This document shows positions 1 through 8,993 of a stretch of DNA of 64,000 nucleotides, one piece after another. Origin of the DNA: Candidatus Binatia bacterium. GTDB lineage: Bacteria; Desulfobacterota; Binatia; Bin18. Within the stretch, counting starts at the first letter, position 1. Each line of letters begins with the position of its first letter. The stretch spans positions 4,704,001 to 4,768,000 of the forward strand of contig OY761159.2 in the NCBI GenBank assembly GCA_963664395.2. Reading direction: 5' to 3'. Below the pieces are notes generated by a model. It was given only the letters and a program-made list of their open reading frames with translations. It ran no database searches and was not told the origin of the DNA. Made by a program: the position numbers and the translations under genes.

Positions 1-94
1 TACCCAGCAGGGTCTGGGCCGGGTTCTTCTTCACTGTCTGCTCACGCGAAGGGGGTCGAGATGCAGGGGCTTTAGCCATGCGTGGAATATACCA

Positions 95-1255
95 CTATCC
101 CCACAAGCGCCGCGACGCCATGCGCGCGCCTTCTGCACACGCCCGCAGCTTCGCCCAGACAACGCTCTCAGGCACCATCTCCCAGCCGGCAAACGTGCCA
201 AATCCACAATCCGAACCGGCAATGATCCGACTCCGGTCTCCTATGGCGTCGGCCACTTGGCAAATACGGTCGGCAACGATTTCCGGATGTTCAATATAAT
301 TCGTTGTGGAATCAATAACGCCGGGAATCAACAGCATCGAGTCGGGTAAGGGATGCTGCTGAAAGGCTTTATATTCGTGTTGATGGCGGGGATTCGCGAG
401 TTCAATGGAGAGCGCTCCAACCTTGGCCTGGTAGAGAATGGGAAGAATATCAGTCAGCGGCACATCGTGATTGTGCGGACCGTCATAATTCCCCCAGCAG
501 ATATGCAACCGGATACGCTCGGCCGGAATGTTCTCGGTCGCGCGGTTGACGGCCTCGATATGTATCTCAATCGTCTTTTGAAATTCGGCGAGGGTCTGAT
601 CCTGAAAGAGGAAGGTCCGCTCCATAGCCAGGTCGGGGGCGTCGAGTTGCAGCAGCAGGCCCTGGGCGTGGATATATTCGTACTCTTTCTTCATCTGCTC
701 AGCCACCGCCAGCACATACGCCGCGTGCGAGTCGTAATAGGCGTTCAACATGGTGGTGGCAATGATGCCGGGCGAAGCCGCGGTCATGAAACGTTCAGTG
801 AACGCGCCCGGAGTCTGATCCGTACAACGCAGAAACATGGCACATTCATCTTGCACGGCTGAGAGGTCATCATACTCGACCTCGGCAATGGCCTGCGGCG
901 CGTTGAAGACCTTGGCCCGCATCATATTGCGACTCTGCATCATAGCCGCAAAGTCCGGGAATTCAGCCATGTCCTGCGGCGTGGGCCGCTTGCTCTCTCC
1001 GCCAAAACCACGCATGCGTTGCGGCACATAGGTCTGAAAACCGATGCGGGGCTGTTCCCCGTCATTGACGATATCCACACCCGCTTTGAGCTGCTCATCA
1101 ACCACGTGTTGCACCGCGGTTTCGGATTGGCGCGCCAGCGCGGCGGTATCGATTGCTTTGCCCTGCTCCTGGTCGATCAACAGATCGGTCAGTTCGGGAT
1201 TGCGCGGGAGGCTGCCGACGTGGGTGGTGAGAATACGTTCGTCGCTCTTTTGCAT
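95..1255 (-). CDS. Cobalamin-independent methionine synthase II family protein (single MetE C-terminal catalytic domain)
   Basis: N-terminal TTHVGSLPR, DGEQ, LQLDAPDL, Zn ligands HICWGN and SDCGF, PGVIDSTTNYIEHPE. Confidence 0.9.
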   Translation of the reverse strand: MQKSDERILTTHVGSLPRNPELTDLLIDQEQGKAIDTAALARQSETAVQHVVDEQLKAGVDIVNDGEQPRIGFQTYVPQRMRGFGGESKRPTPQDMAEFPDFAAMMQSRNMMRAKVFNAPQAIAEVEYDDLSAVQDECAMFLRCTDQTPGAFTERFMTAASPGIIATTMLNAYYDSHAAYVLAVAEQMKKEYEYIHAQGLLLQLDAPDLAMERTFLFQDQTLAEFQKTIEIHIEAVNRATENIPAERIRLHICWGNYDGPHNHDVPLTDILPILYQAKVGALSIELANPRHQHEYKAFQQHPLPDSMLLIPGVIDSTTNYIEHPEIVADRICQVADAIGDRSRIIAGSDCGFGTFAGWEMVPESVVWAKLRACAEGARMASRRLWG

Positions 1256-1273
1256 AAGAATCCCTCCATTACA

Positions 1274-2179
1274 TTAGCGCTGATGATACAAGGGATGGCC
1301 GCGGACTGCGGTGCGGACCTTATTCATATGATCCCCTTCCAGATTGGCAAAAAAGAGGTCCTGCATGTCGGGGCCGCCAAACGCGCAGTTGGTTGGAAAC
1401 GCCAGCGCGATGCCGTCCGGATCATGGATGAACGTCTCCCACTTGCCGTTCGGATCGACTTTGATGATCCTGTTTCGGGGCTCCAGCTTGCCGTTCTCCG
1501 GTACGCCGGGCAGCGTAATATACAGGTTCCGGTCCACGTCAAAAGCCATCCCGTCAGGCAAGGCCGGAAAGTCTTTGGCATAGATTTCAGGCGGGCCGAA
1601 TGTGCCGTCTTTGTTGATCTGGATACGGACGCAATCGTTGCGCGAACTCTCTAATACGTAGACCGCGTCCTCGTTGGGGTCGATAGCCGTCCCATTGGCA
1701 AAATAAATCCCGCTGGCGACGACCTCGCCCCGGCCGTCGGGACGGATGCGCACAACCGCGCCGTTGGGCTGGGGATTCTCAAACTCCTTAAACACCTCGC
1801 GGCCCGGCTGGGAGCTGGAGTTCGAGACGTACAGATTGCCCTCGGCATCATAGCTGGCGAAGTTGGGAATCGAGATCGGAAAGTCGCCGGCGTGGTCGGC
1901 GACGAGGGAGACTTTTCCGTCGGGCGCAAGCCGCATCACGGCTTTATGCCTGAGGTCGCAATAGACGAAGTTGCCTTCCCGGTCCAGCGTGACCCCATTG
2001 GGTATGGCCCGGTCCGGCAACTCGGCAACCTCGTGGACGACACCGTCCGGACTCACTTTATAGACAATGCCATTCCGTCCGCCCCCCCACGCATTGCCCT
2101 CTTTATCAATGACCACGCCTTCAGCCCTGAGCACGCCAGAGCCAAAAATTTCAACCTGCTCAACAGCAATCGCTGCCAT
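1274..2179 (-). CDS. SMP-30/gluconolactonase/LRE family beta-propeller protein
   Basis: EG..ID..G, PNG, ANG.A, PDGMAFD and PTNCAFGG motifs; ATG at 2179 follows an AGGGGGA RBS. Confidence 0.85.
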   Translation of the reverse strand: MAAIAVEQVEIFGSGVLRAEGVVIDKEGNAWGGGRNGIVYKVSPDGVVHEVAELPDRAIPNGVTLDREGNFVYCDLRHKAVMRLAPDGKVSLVADHAGDFPISIPNFASYDAEGNLYVSNSSSQPGREVFKEFENPQPNGAVVRIRPDGRGEVVASGIYFANGTAIDPNEDAVYVLESSRNDCVRIQINKDGTFGPPEIYAKDFPALPDGMAFDVDRNLYITLPGVPENGKLEPRNRIIKVDPNGKWETFIHDPDGIALAFPTNCAFGGPDMQDLFFANLEGDHMNKVRTAVRGHPLYHQR

Positions 2180-2240
2180 GTCTTCCCCCTGTCTTTTGTC
2201 TTGACACAAAACTTAACAGGAGACCGTGGGTCTGCCTGTC

Positions 2241-2292
2241 ACGATCTAACGGTCTAACGATCTAACGGTCTAACGATCTAACGATCTAACGA
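2241..2292. repeat. 8-bp tandem repeat (ACGRTCTA x6) overlapping the CoA-transferase stop codon
   Basis: acgatcta acggtcta acgatcta acggtcta acgatcta acgatcta acga read directly. Confidence 0.95.
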
Positions 2293-3521
2293 TTCTCCGC
2301 GTACAGCACGCCTTTCTCCCGGAGTGCGGCTATGTTTTCGTCGGTATAGCTGAGCTGCTCTCGCAGCACGTCAGCACTGTGCTGGCCTAGAAGCGGAGCT
2401 TGAATGTCCGGGAGCTGAGGGAACTCGGAGTACTTGAGCGGGAAGCCGGGTATGGTGACTTCTCCGAGGATGGGGTCGGGAACCGTGCGGATCATCTCAC
2501 GCGCCTTGAAATACGGGTGCGCCAGGATATCGGTGATGGACATGACGGGAGCGGATGGAACCCGATGGTCTTCAAAGACTTGCAGGACAGCCTCATCATC
2601 CGGCTGAGTCTGCATCCAACTTTCGATAATCGGAACGAGTGCGGCCTGGTTCTTCCCACGCTCGGCATTTGTCGCAAAGCGAGGGTCTTCGATCAGTTCC
2701 GGTCGGCCCATAGCCTTGCACATATTGGCCCACTGTCGGTCTAAGACCAGGACGACGATCCAGCCTTGGGGGCCTTTGAACACCCCACACGGACACACCA
2801 AGGGATGATGGGAGCCCATCCGGGTCGGCACAAACTCGCCCTTGCTCATCGTATATCCCTGCACATTGACCTCGTGCATGTGGAACATGGCGTCAATCAT
2901 GGACAGGTCGATATACTGGCCGACGCCGGTCCGTTCCCGGTGATATAACGCATAGCCCAGGGCCGCAAAGGCGTGGACGCCACTGCTGACATCGGCAATA
3001 CCCAGGCCGACAAACTGCGGCGGACCATCCGGACTGCCGGTCATGTGCATGATGCCGGAGAAGGCTTGCGCAATAAAGTCATAGCCGACCTTGTGAGAGA
3101 GTGGCCCCGTGCGCCCAAAGGCGGAAATCGAGACCATTATCATCTTGGGATTGATTTTCTTGAGCGAAGGATAGTCAAGGCTACGTTTTTCCATCACGCC
3201 CGGCCCGAAATTCTCAACCACAACATCTACGGTAGGAACCAATGCCCGCAGGATTTCAAGCGACTCTGGTTTGTCGAAATCCAGACAGAGGCTTTTTTTG
3301 CCGCGATTTTGCTGGACAAAATAGGCGCTGCGATCATTCCGAATAAACGGCAGCAAACGCGCAGGATCACCCATGGGGGCCTGTTCCACTTTGATAATAT
3401 TGGCGCCCATCTCTGCCATGAGGCGGGTGACAGTTGGCCCGGCCAGGTATTGGGTAAAATCCAGAACCGTCACGCCGGAAAGCATATACGACTGCTCACG
3501 TGTCCCTTGCGTCTCTTGCAC
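2286..3521 (-). CDS. CoA-transferase family III (CaiB/BaiF)
   Basis: LSGVTVLDF..LAGP, NRGKKSL, ENFGPG, GYDFIAQA..G, APLLGQHS. Confidence 0.93.
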   Translation of the reverse strand: MQETQGTREQSYMLSGVTVLDFTQYLAGPTVTRLMAEMGANIIKVEQAPMGDPARLLPFIRNDRSAYFVQQNRGKKSLCLDFDKPESLEILRALVPTVDVVVENFGPGVMEKRSLDYPSLKKINPKMIMVSISAFGRTGPLSHKVGYDFIAQAFSGIMHMTGSPDGPPQFVGLGIADVSSGVHAFAALGYALYHRERTGVGQYIDLSMIDAMFHMHEVNVQGYTMSKGEFVPTRMGSHHPLVCPCGVFKGPQGWIVVLVLDRQWANMCKAMGRPELIEDPRFATNAERGKNQAALVPIIESWMQTQPDDEAVLQVFEDHRVPSAPVMSITDILAHPYFKAREMIRTVPDPILGEVTIPGFPLKYSEFPQLPDIQAPLLGQHSADVLREQLSYTDENIAALREKGVLYAENR

Positions 3522-3674
3522 ACTGCACCTCCGCTTAATCTTTGCCAGTACGGCGGGCAGTGTAACGCGGGCACTCTGAAAAAGCGAGCCTTTTCCAGGC
3601 GCTCACAGCATGTGCTCACAAGAGGAGCGGGGCTGCCCCGAAAGGGCAGTAGACGTGGGAGACTGCGGAAAAAT

Positions 3675-4631
3675 TTACGCGGAATCTTCTTTTGAAGAAG
3701 GAACCGGGGCCGGGTATTTCCAGGTCAACGACAGGAGCGTATCCCCACCGGAGAGCGAGGTGGATTCTGACTCAGGAGCAACATCGGCAGGGACTTCCGG
3801 ATGCCGGTTGCGCGCCTCAGTGACAGCCATCCGAACGAGGTCTTCCGGCGTTGGCGGAGCCTCATCATTTGACGCGTCTTGTGACGCGGCTTGCAGCTCG
3901 GAAGCCCGCAGCTTGACTGTGACGGTCACTTGCATGGCATGCGAGCTGCGCGGTGGGGGGGCGGAAGGCTCGCTGGCCTCAACCTCAAGTTCGGTTGGCG
4001 CTTCAACCGGTTCGACTTCCAAATCGGCTTCCAAAGCCCGGATATCCTGCTTTTGTTGCCTTTGTACGCGAGGCGTTTCATTTGTTTCAGCAGCGGGCCT
4101 CGCCGCGGCTTCTCGCACCTGGGTCTGAGCCGTTTCCTGTCGAGCCCCCTCGTCCCGTTCTTGATCGTCTCGTCTCCTCCGACCTCGGCCACGTGTACTA
4201 CGCCGCCGGCCGCCCCGTTCGTCCGCATCCGTCTCGCTCGATTCTTCACCGCGACGCTGAACACGCTGGCGGCCGCCCCGTTCGTCCGCATCCGTCTCGC
4301 TCGATTCTTCACCGCGACGCTGAACACGCTGGCGGCCGGGGATGAGTCCGAGTGCAAGATATTCGCACGTCTCCGTCGAAATATGCTCGAAGGCATCGTT
4401 CGCAAAGTCCAGCGCCTTTTCTTCGGTGTAGGCATCAACGTCGCAATCAACGAACACCATGCAGTAGGATTTGTCGGGCGTAGAGTTTCCCGGACCTTCA
4501 CTCATTTCGTGCTCATGGTAGCGGACACGTGGATGAGAGAAGGCGTCGAATAGTGAGGAGACTGCCTCTTGGATATTCTCTGTCGAAGGTCCGCAGGCAT
4601 CAAAAACGGCTAAGGCATGAAAGTTGGGCAT
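3675..4631 (-). CDS. Hypothetical protein with a charged low-complexity central linker
   Basis: 318-aa ORF with globular-looking termini and an R/E-rich middle carrying an exact 21-aa duplication. Confidence 0.65.
   Translation of the reverse strand: MPNFHALAVFDACGPSTENIQEAVSSLFDAFSHPRVRYHEHEMSEGPGNSTPDKSYCMVFVDCDVDAYTEEKALDFANDAFEHISTETCEYLALGLIPGRQRVQRRGEESSETDADERGGRQRVQRRGEESSETDADERGGRRRSTRGRGRRRRDDQERDEGARQETAQTQVREAAARPAAETNETPRVQRQQKQDIRALEADLEVEPVEAPTELEVEASEPSAPPPRSSHAMQVTVTVKLRASELQAASQDASNDEAPPTPEDLVRMAVTEARNRHPEVPADVAPESESTSLSGGDTLLSLTWKYPAPVPSSKEDSA
4207..4338. repeat. 63-bp perfect in-frame tandem duplication (RQRVQRRGEESSETDADERGG x2)
   Basis: Units start at 4207 and 4270. 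Confidence 0.95.
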
Positions 4632-4827
4632 ATGCTACGAGACCTTATATAGCGTGGAGCGTATCCGCAAGAGCGGCCAAAACAGAAACAAAACAGGAAA
4701 AAGAGGAAGAGCGACCTCTGAATTCTTCTGTGGATCTAGACCTCTCAAGTATTTAGGCGTAAGCTGTGGGAAATTTTTCGGTCGGGCTGACACAGTCCAT
4801 ATCGCTGCTGGCTCTACAATACGGTAG

Positions 4828-5092
4828 GGCGCAGCGGACCGAGCCTCGGGCCGGTAACGGCGATCGGTTCCTGGCTGAGCGGATTCTGGACCCGCAGTGG
4901 GTGCGCCGAGAAAGGAGGTGGTCTAGTGGAGTTATCTATTACGGTGATCAGTGAGGTGGTGGCCTCTTAGGCCGACACATCCCAAAATCGGGTGGTCGCT
5001 TGGGAGGACCAGGCACCGCCGTAACCCCGGCAGCCCGTGTTCATCACCCACGGGACGTCCCTGCGGACGTAACACTGTCGGGGTTTCTTTGT
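4828..5092 (+). ncRNA. Candidate structured RNA or leader containing a 14-codon ORF, ending in a terminator-like stem
   Basis: Paired segments ggcgca/tgcgcc, tcccaa/ttggga, cccgtg/cacggg, acgtcc/ggacgt and aaccccggcag/ctgtcggggtt followed by TCTTT; TACAAT at 4815. Confidence 0.5.
4926..4970 (+). CDS. Putative micropeptide MELSITVISEVVAS
   Basis: Strong SD AAAGGAGGTG at 4911-4920, 5 nt before GTG; TAG at 4968. Confidence 0.45.
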   Translation: MELSITVISEVVAS

Positions 5093-5139
5093 CTGAGGCT
5101 CGACAGCGAAACAGATCGTACAATAAGCATCGAGAAATA

Positions 5140-5676
5140 ATGTGCAACGTAGATGAGACAAGTCAGAGTATCCGTCAGGCATTGACCGAGATCAATGCTC
5201 GTCTGGCGGGTCAAGGTGCGTCCGATAAAGAGTGGACAAACGCCGTCAAGACTAAACTCTATCAAGCAGGTCATAATCTCGGTTATCGCGTGGCCACGTC
5301 GCTCGACAGAAAAAGGGTAGCAGAAGGATGCGCAGACGGTCCTGACTTTGGGGAATGGCTTTTTGATTTGGTTTGGATGGTATGGAATGGGGAACCACAA
5401 CGACAATTGAATCGTATTTGCCTTGTCGTCGAATCGGAATGGGGCAACCAAGATGACATTATGGACGATTTCGAGAAACTGCTTGTGGCTCGCTCATGTG
5501 TTCGCTTAATGATTTTTCAGGCATCCAATAGAGCAGAGGTAGAAGAGGTATTTAATTTGCTTCAGGGGGAAGCTGAAGGATTTGAACAAAGACAAGCTGG
5601 AGATTACTACCTTCTTGCCGGTTATAACCTTCGGAATTCAACTTTCCGATGGTGTGAATTCCAGGTGGAGCGTTAG
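5140..5676 (+). CDS. Hypothetical protein, possible PD-(D/E)xK nuclease-like fold
   Basis: FDLVW...LVVESEW...DDFEKLL pattern; more AT-rich than its flanks. Confidence 0.6.
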   Translation: MCNVDETSQSIRQALTEINARLAGQGASDKEWTNAVKTKLYQAGHNLGYRVATSLDRKRVAEGCADGPDFGEWLFDLVWMVWNGEPQRQLNRICLVVESEWGNQDDIMDDFEKLLVARSCVRLMIFQASNRAEVEEVFNLLQGEAEGFEQRQAGDYYLLAGYNLRNSTFRWCEFQVER

Positions 5677-6020
5677 CGTTTCTTGGCTTGCGCCTCAACC
5701 AGCAACCACTGCGCCTGGCCGATTCCGCGTAGACTGCGGTATTCAGCATCGGACCAGCCCCCTGCCCCCCTTTTCCGGGCAACGTCGAGTGCCCGCGTCA
5801 ACACGGATTCACACAGCTCAAGTAATGGCTCAAGTTCCCGGTCCACCTCATCTAAAGGGGTCTCAAGTACTAGGGTCTGGGCATGCGGAAGCATGGCAGC
5901 AAGCGCGACCTTCGTCCGGCTCCCATTTCCTTGAGGCGCGGCTGCCTCCCCCACTGAAGGAGAAAGAAAGGCGAATCCAAGCTGACCGGCGGCTTGCGAA
6001 TTATCTGTTTTTTCTGCCAC
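5673..6020 (-). CDS. Hypothetical protein
   Basis: 115-aa helical-looking ORF co-oriented with and just downstream of holA. Confidence 0.5.
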   Translation of the reverse strand: MAEKTDNSQAAGQLGFAFLSPSVGEAAAPQGNGSRTKVALAAMLPHAQTLVLETPLDEVDRELEPLLELCESVLTRALDVARKRGAGGWSDAEYRSLRGIGQAQWLLVEAQAKKR

Positions 6021-6043
6021 AGTTTGGGTCTACTTTAAGCCGA

Positions 6044-6076
6044 CGTTAAACCGGCGTTAAACCGGCGTTAAACCCG
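6044..6076. repeat. 11-bp tandem repeat (CGTTAAACCGG x~3) spanning the holA stop codon
   Basis: Units at 6044, 6055 and 6066; TAA at 6068-6070 on the minus strand. Confidence 0.9.
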
Positions 6077-7090
6077 CGTTCTTGCACAGGCTTCCAGAAC
6101 AAAGGCATCGAACAAGAAGCGTGGAGCGGTCGGGCTTGATTTGAGTGCCAGATCTAATTGCGCGGCGTGTCGCAAGACGCGCCGCAGGTCCGAGTGCGAA
6201 AAGACACGACTCTGCGCGACTAAAGCGTGTACCCGAGCTCCCCGCAAGCCGACCGCCTGTTCAATCTGACCACTGGACGCTTTGGCGTCGGACAAATCCT
6301 TGACCTGCCACAGCCGCCGGAAATGACTGACCAGAGCGTGCAAGACCGGGAGCGCCCGCTTCTCATCGCTCAACACCTGCTGTACCAACCGTAAAGCCCG
6401 TTTAGCATTGCGCTGTCCCAAAGCGTCAGCCAGATCAAAAGCGGAATGCGGATGAAGAACCCCCACGCATTGCCTGACGGCCTCCTGGTCTATGTCGGTT
6501 GCCGGGAAAACAAAGGCAACCAGCTTATCCATCTCGCTGGACAGGGCCAGCAAATCCGTTCCACTATGATCGGCCAAATACGAAGCAGCCTCAGCGTTGA
6601 GGCGGACACCCCGTTCCCGAGCAAAACGCTGTGCCCAGCCCGGAATTTGGTTGATAAAGGGCGGGCGGAATTCGCCAACAAAGCCACGCTGAGCACACAC
6701 AGAAAAGAATTTCTGACTGAGATTGGCCCTGCCCTGAACGCAGACCACAAGGGGCTGACTTTCATCTCGCAGTGCGGCTTCGGTCGCTAGACGTTCTCGG
6801 TCTGCGGCGGACAGTTGGCCGGCATTCTTGAGAACGATTAATTGGTGTTCAGCAAAAAGCGAAGCGCTGCCCCATGCCTCAAGGAGCAGCTCAAGAGCAT
6901 CTTCGCCGGCATAGAACGTATGCACGGCCGGGCTTTCACCAAGGCGTGCCCGAACATAGGCGACCGCCCGATTAATGAAATAAGTCTCCTCACCATGAAA
7001 GAGGTAGAGCGGGGAGAGGGGCTCTTTGGTCAGGAGGGCAAATATCTCATCGGGTTGGCGAAACGCCTTTCTCGGCCGCTGGGTCGCCAT
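6068..7090 (-). CDS. holA: DNA polymerase III delta subunit
   Basis: PLYLFHGEE, SLFA..LIVLK, EMDKL, FDLADAL, D.ALKS; 340 aa. Confidence 0.88.
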   Translation of the reverse strand: MATQRPRKAFRQPDEIFALLTKEPLSPLYLFHGEETYFINRAVAYVRARLGESPAVHTFYAGEDALELLLEAWGSASLFAEHQLIVLKNAGQLSAADRERLATEAALRDESQPLVVCVQGRANLSQKFFSVCAQRGFVGEFRPPFINQIPGWAQRFARERGVRLNAEAASYLADHSGTDLLALSSEMDKLVAFVFPATDIDQEAVRQCVGVLHPHSAFDLADALGQRNAKRALRLVQQVLSDEKRALPVLHALVSHFRRLWQVKDLSDAKASSGQIEQAVGLRGARVHALVAQSRVFSHSDLRRVLRHAAQLDLALKSSPTAPRFLFDAFVLEACARTRV

Positions 7091-7102
7091 GGTCGCAACT
7101 CA

Positions 7103-7990
7103 CTATGATCTGATACTGACCTCCAGTTGACGCGACACTGGTTCGGTCGAAACGATGTGCCGCTGGAGTTCCATTTCTTTCTCGTCAAATCCAAGGGCCA
7201 ATCCCAAGAGCTGAGGCAGGTGGATAATAGGCATCCCAATCTGTGTCCCCGCCCGCTTCTCGGCAGTCGGCTGGTTGGCGTCAAGATTCAGATGACACAA
7301 CGGACAGGGCGTCACCATGCAGTCCGCGCCTTTCGTCTTGGCGTCACCGGTATGATCGCTCACCATCCGCATCGAATTTTCTTCGTTGACCGTCAGAATC
7401 GGAAACCCACAGCATTTGGACTTCCCACTCGAATCGACAGACTCAGCGCCAATGATCTCGATCAGGTCCTCCAAATATGTTTTCCGACCGGACAGCCCTT
7501 TTGGAGCAATAATTGAGGTCGGACGACGGATGTAGCAGCCATAGAAGGGCGCGACCTTGAGCCCGGTCAGTTTACGCTTGATATGGGGTTTCAGATTCTC
7601 CACCCCATAATCTTCCATCAGTACCCATAAGAGATGCTTGACTTCCACCGTGCCTTTGTATTCAAGCCCCTCCTCTGCCAGGTATTCTGTGTTAATCTTC
7701 TCGCGATACTCAGGCTCGTTTTTGAAGCGATGATTCGCCTGGGTAAAGACCCCCTGACAGGTACTGCAAATCGTCATGAGTGAGGACAGCCCCATTGCTT
7801 CCACTTTAGCCAAAGTACGCGCATTGATGGGGTCGGACAGGTCACGGCTTAACACCCCGGCTCCCGTACAGCCGACATCGGTCACTTCTTCGATTTCGAT
7901 CCCCAGTTTCTCCGTCACCTTGACCGAAGCCGGGTAGAGTTCAGGACACGCACCACGCGACACACAGCCTGGATAAAATGCGTACTTCAT
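7103..7990 (-). CDS. CCG-domain HdrB/SdhE-like iron-sulfur subunit
   Basis: YAFYPGC, CTGAG, CSTC, PFYGC..RP, KCCG, TPCPLC. Confidence 0.9.
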   Translation of the reverse strand: MKYAFYPGCVSRGACPELYPASVKVTEKLGIEIEEVTDVGCTGAGVLSRDLSDPINARTLAKVEAMGLSSLMTICSTCQGVFTQANHRFKNEPEYREKINTEYLAEEGLEYKGTVEVKHLLWVLMEDYGVENLKPHIKRKLTGLKVAPFYGCYIRRPTSIIAPKGLSGRKTYLEDLIEIIGAESVDSSGKSKCCGFPILTVNEENSMRMVSDHTGDAKTKGADCMVTPCPLCHLNLDANQPTAEKRAGTQIGMPIIHLPQLLGLALGFDEKEMELQRHIVSTEPVSRQLEVSIRS

Positions 7991-8955
7991 ACTTTGCTCC
8001 TCTGGGCTTTGTCTATGATTCTTCGAATCGCCTCGGCGCCCGGCCGCTTGTGATGGAAATACGGCAGCGGGGCCTTACCCTTGGGGATGGCCCGGATAAC
8101 CGTGGGTAGGAGTTTCGCCAGTCCGGCAATATTGGTGAGCCCTTCACTCTCGATCGCCAGCCGGCCCTCATCCAGCCACCCGCTCCGCTTAATCGAATTC
8201 AAGAAGCTATCGTAATGCCGCTGAACCTTCGGATTCCGGGTGCCGGAGCGTATCCCCTGGCGAATCGCCTCGTCACGCACCTCAAAGAGTCGGTCCGTCG
8301 GTTCCAGACCGAGGGGGCAATGCCCGTTGGCCTCAAAACAGTGCGTACAGTCCCAGACCCCACCAGGCTCGCTGACCAGCGTTAAGCGCTCATTGTGCTG
8401 TCCGTCGCGAGGGTCGAAGACGGCTCGATACGCCTTGGTGAGGGCGGCCGGGCCGACAAAATCCTTGTCGATTTTAATCACCACACAACCCTCGTCACAC
8501 AGGCCGCACATGACACAGCTCATCGCTTTGCGGACTTCGGCCAGTTGCTCCTCGGCGACCACGTATTCACCCTCGGGCTGCGGCTCGCGGGGTGTGATCC
8601 AGGGTTGGACCGCCTTAATTTTCTTCCAGAGAAAGTCCTCAAGGTTATACACCAAATCCTTCAGCACCGGGATATGACGGATAGGTTCGACGGTCACCAC
8701 TCCATCCTTGACCGTTTTGGCGATTTTCAGGGTACAGCCGAGCCGGCCTTTTTTGTTTATACGGAGCGCGCAGTCACCACACGACCCCCGCTCACACGAG
8801 GCCCGAAAGGCCAGACTGGGGTCCTGTTCATCCCGAATATGTCTGAGCCCGTCCATCACGGTCGCCGAATCTGGCAGGTCTACCTGGTAGGTCGCAAAAT
8901 CCGGTTTGCTCCCATTTTCAGGATCGAAACGGTAGACCCTAAATGTTGTTTCCAT
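7987..8955 (-). CDS. sdhB: Succinate dehydrogenase/fumarate reductase-type iron-sulfur subunit
   Basis: SCERGSCGDC..C (2Fe-2S), CVMCGLCDEGC, WDCTHCFEANGHCP. Confidence 0.85.
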   Translation of the reverse strand: METTFRVYRFDPENGSKPDFATYQVDLPDSATVMDGLRHIRDEQDPSLAFRASCERGSCGDCALRINKKGRLGCTLKIAKTVKDGVVTVEPIRHIPVLKDLVYNLEDFLWKKIKAVQPWITPREPQPEGEYVVAEEQLAEVRKAMSCVMCGLCDEGCVVIKIDKDFVGPAALTKAYRAVFDPRDGQHNERLTLVSEPGGVWDCTHCFEANGHCPLGLEPTDRLFEVRDEAIRQGIRSGTRNPKVQRHYDSFLNSIKRSGWLDEGRLAIESEGLTNIAGLAKLLPTVIRAIPKGKAPLPYFHHKRPGAEAIRRIIDKAQRSKV

Positions 8956-8993
8956 AGGTCCCCTCCATGTGTGCGGTCAATGATAGAGTAGCC

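Noticed and set aside
4828-5092. tmRNA or T-box identity for the structured element
   Set aside because: No tRNA-like acceptor or T-arm and no T-box consensus visible; the ORF has its own SD and start codon.
4951-5139. N-terminal extension of ORF 4951-5676
   Set aside because: It runs through the structured RNA and terminator; ATG 5140 is more plausible. Similar over-extended starts were trimmed for tsaE, mug, Ham1, nitroreductase 1 and cofG.
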